From: a virus
Lineage: Duplodnaviria; Heunggongvirae; Uroviricota; Caudoviricetes
Strand: one strand, 5' to 3'
IMG/VR virus record: IMGVR_UViG_2600254985_000007
DNA: 28,904 nt
A model generated the notes under the pieces. That model saw only the letters and a list, made by a program, of their open reading frames with translations, was not told the DNA's origin and made no database searches. Shown here piece by piece: positions 27,715-28,904 of the stretch. The position numbers and the translations under genes were made by a program. Each line of letters begins with the position of its first letter. Position 1 is the first letter of the stretch.

Positions 27715-28904
27715 CTGAAGGGCTCTCCGATGATCTCTTCAAGATGGCTCTGCCAAACGCGGAGCCAGTGTTTCTGATCATCGATATAGTCATGAAGGTT
27801 GTAATGCGCCATAACCCCCACCATCTGATGCCCGAGCAGCTTTTCAATTACGTGCGGCGGGCAACCTAACTCAGAGAGATTTGTGGCTATCGTCCGCCTC
27901 ATATCATGAAGCGACCACTCTGCCATACCTGTTCCATTCCAAATAGAACGGGCGTAATTGGATGCCACAGGTGAATGAACGGGCGAATCTTTGATCCCGC
28001 CATCAATTTTACGTTGTGAAGTCACCAGGTGATTGGTGTTTATTTTCTTGAGGTGATTTCTGACCAGGTTAACGGCGGCGTCTGAGAGTCCCCTTCTAAT
28101 ATGTACCCGAGTTTTATAACTGCCCGCAGGCACGACCCACTCATTATCATCCAATCGAAACCATGATCTCTCACTAAGTCGAATCTCAGCCGTACGGCAT
28201 CCGGTAAGCATAATAAATTTCACCAGGAAAACGGACTCTATCGACATATGGCTTTTCAACCACTGATAGATTTTGCGCAGATCGTCATCGTCCATCCTGC
28301 GAGTTCTCTTTTTAGGCTTTTGCCCGACATCAGATGGCAGTAATCCCTCGAGTGGGTTTGAGGCGATCACACTTCTGTTAACGCAGAACCTAAACGCCCG
28401 TTTGCACAGCGAAAGCATGTAATGAGCCATCACCCTGCTTTCTATAGAATCGAAGACGTTGATCCAGTGCATTTTCGCTGTGTTATCGACTTTGACATTC
28501 TTCATCGGTTCGGCGATATGTTTCTCAAACACCTGGCGATAGTAATCGACTTTAACTAGCCCGTTAGCGATACAGTGCCTTTCAATCCAGTAATTGAACG
28601 CTTCGGCAACGGACATCGCTTCCTGTCGGGTCTGCTTATCCAGCTTCACCTGCTCTCGCGGATCCAGTCCCTCAGTTAACCAGTTTCTGAATTGTTGGCG
28701 ACGCTCTCTTGCCTGGGTGATACTCATTGCAGGATAATCACCAACATTGAGTTTTACCGCTTTACCGGCCCAGCGATACCGATAGAAAAATGATATTTTT
28801 CCGGCCTGGCTGATTCTGGCGTTGAGCCCGTGCGAATCAGAAATAATCTCGATATCATCTCTTTTCTTGCCGAGCGCCTTCCTGAGCTTTGTGTCGGTGA
28901 TCAT
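27711..28904 (-). CDS. int: tyrosine site-specific integrase, P4-like family
   Basis: 397 aa; N-terminal arm-binding-like region (...[20 protein letters not shown]...) and C-terminal catalytic region (...[15 protein letters not shown]...[18 protein letters not shown]). Start codon is the last three bases of the window, so promoter and att are outside it. Confidence 0.9.

Overview
The window is a lambda-like (lambdoid) prophage remnant. Most genes are on the minus strand in canonical lambda late order. The right edge is a P4-family tyrosine integrase (27711-28904, -), with its start codon at the last base of the window. The left edge is an in-frame fusion of the phage major capsid gene E to the host cyanase gene cynS (1-1428, -), so the tail genes and left attachment site are missing. 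Right to left the window holds: int and xis; an early-left operon driven by a PL-like promoter (about 20492-20520), containing RecT, a lambda-type exonuclease, a Dam-like methyltransferase split by a T8 homopolymer, and several small or unknown genes; the immunity region (cI 18426-19136 +, Cro-like YdaS 18087-18308 -, a YdaT-like gene in the cII position); replication genes O (with internal ori iterons) and P; a nin region (NinB, NinE, lambda-type phosphatase, NinG, Lar-like); antiterminator Q; pR' and leader terminators; a P21-type lysis cassette (pinholin, SAR endolysin, Rz/Rz1); an accessory island (Rha, an AT-rich opposite-strand gene, a 242-aa unknown); cos; and the head module (Nu1, A, W, B, C, D, E). 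Three loci look like uncharacterised accessory cargo and are the best candidates for an undescribed exclusion or defence function: the rex-position cassette after cI (19137-20400), the AT-rich HEPN-motif gene between Rz and cos (8520-9430), and an AT-rich 278-aa gene in the early-left operon (21975-22811). None could be assigned to a named family from sequence alone. All homology statements come from reading the translations against remembered protein sequences; no database search was run.
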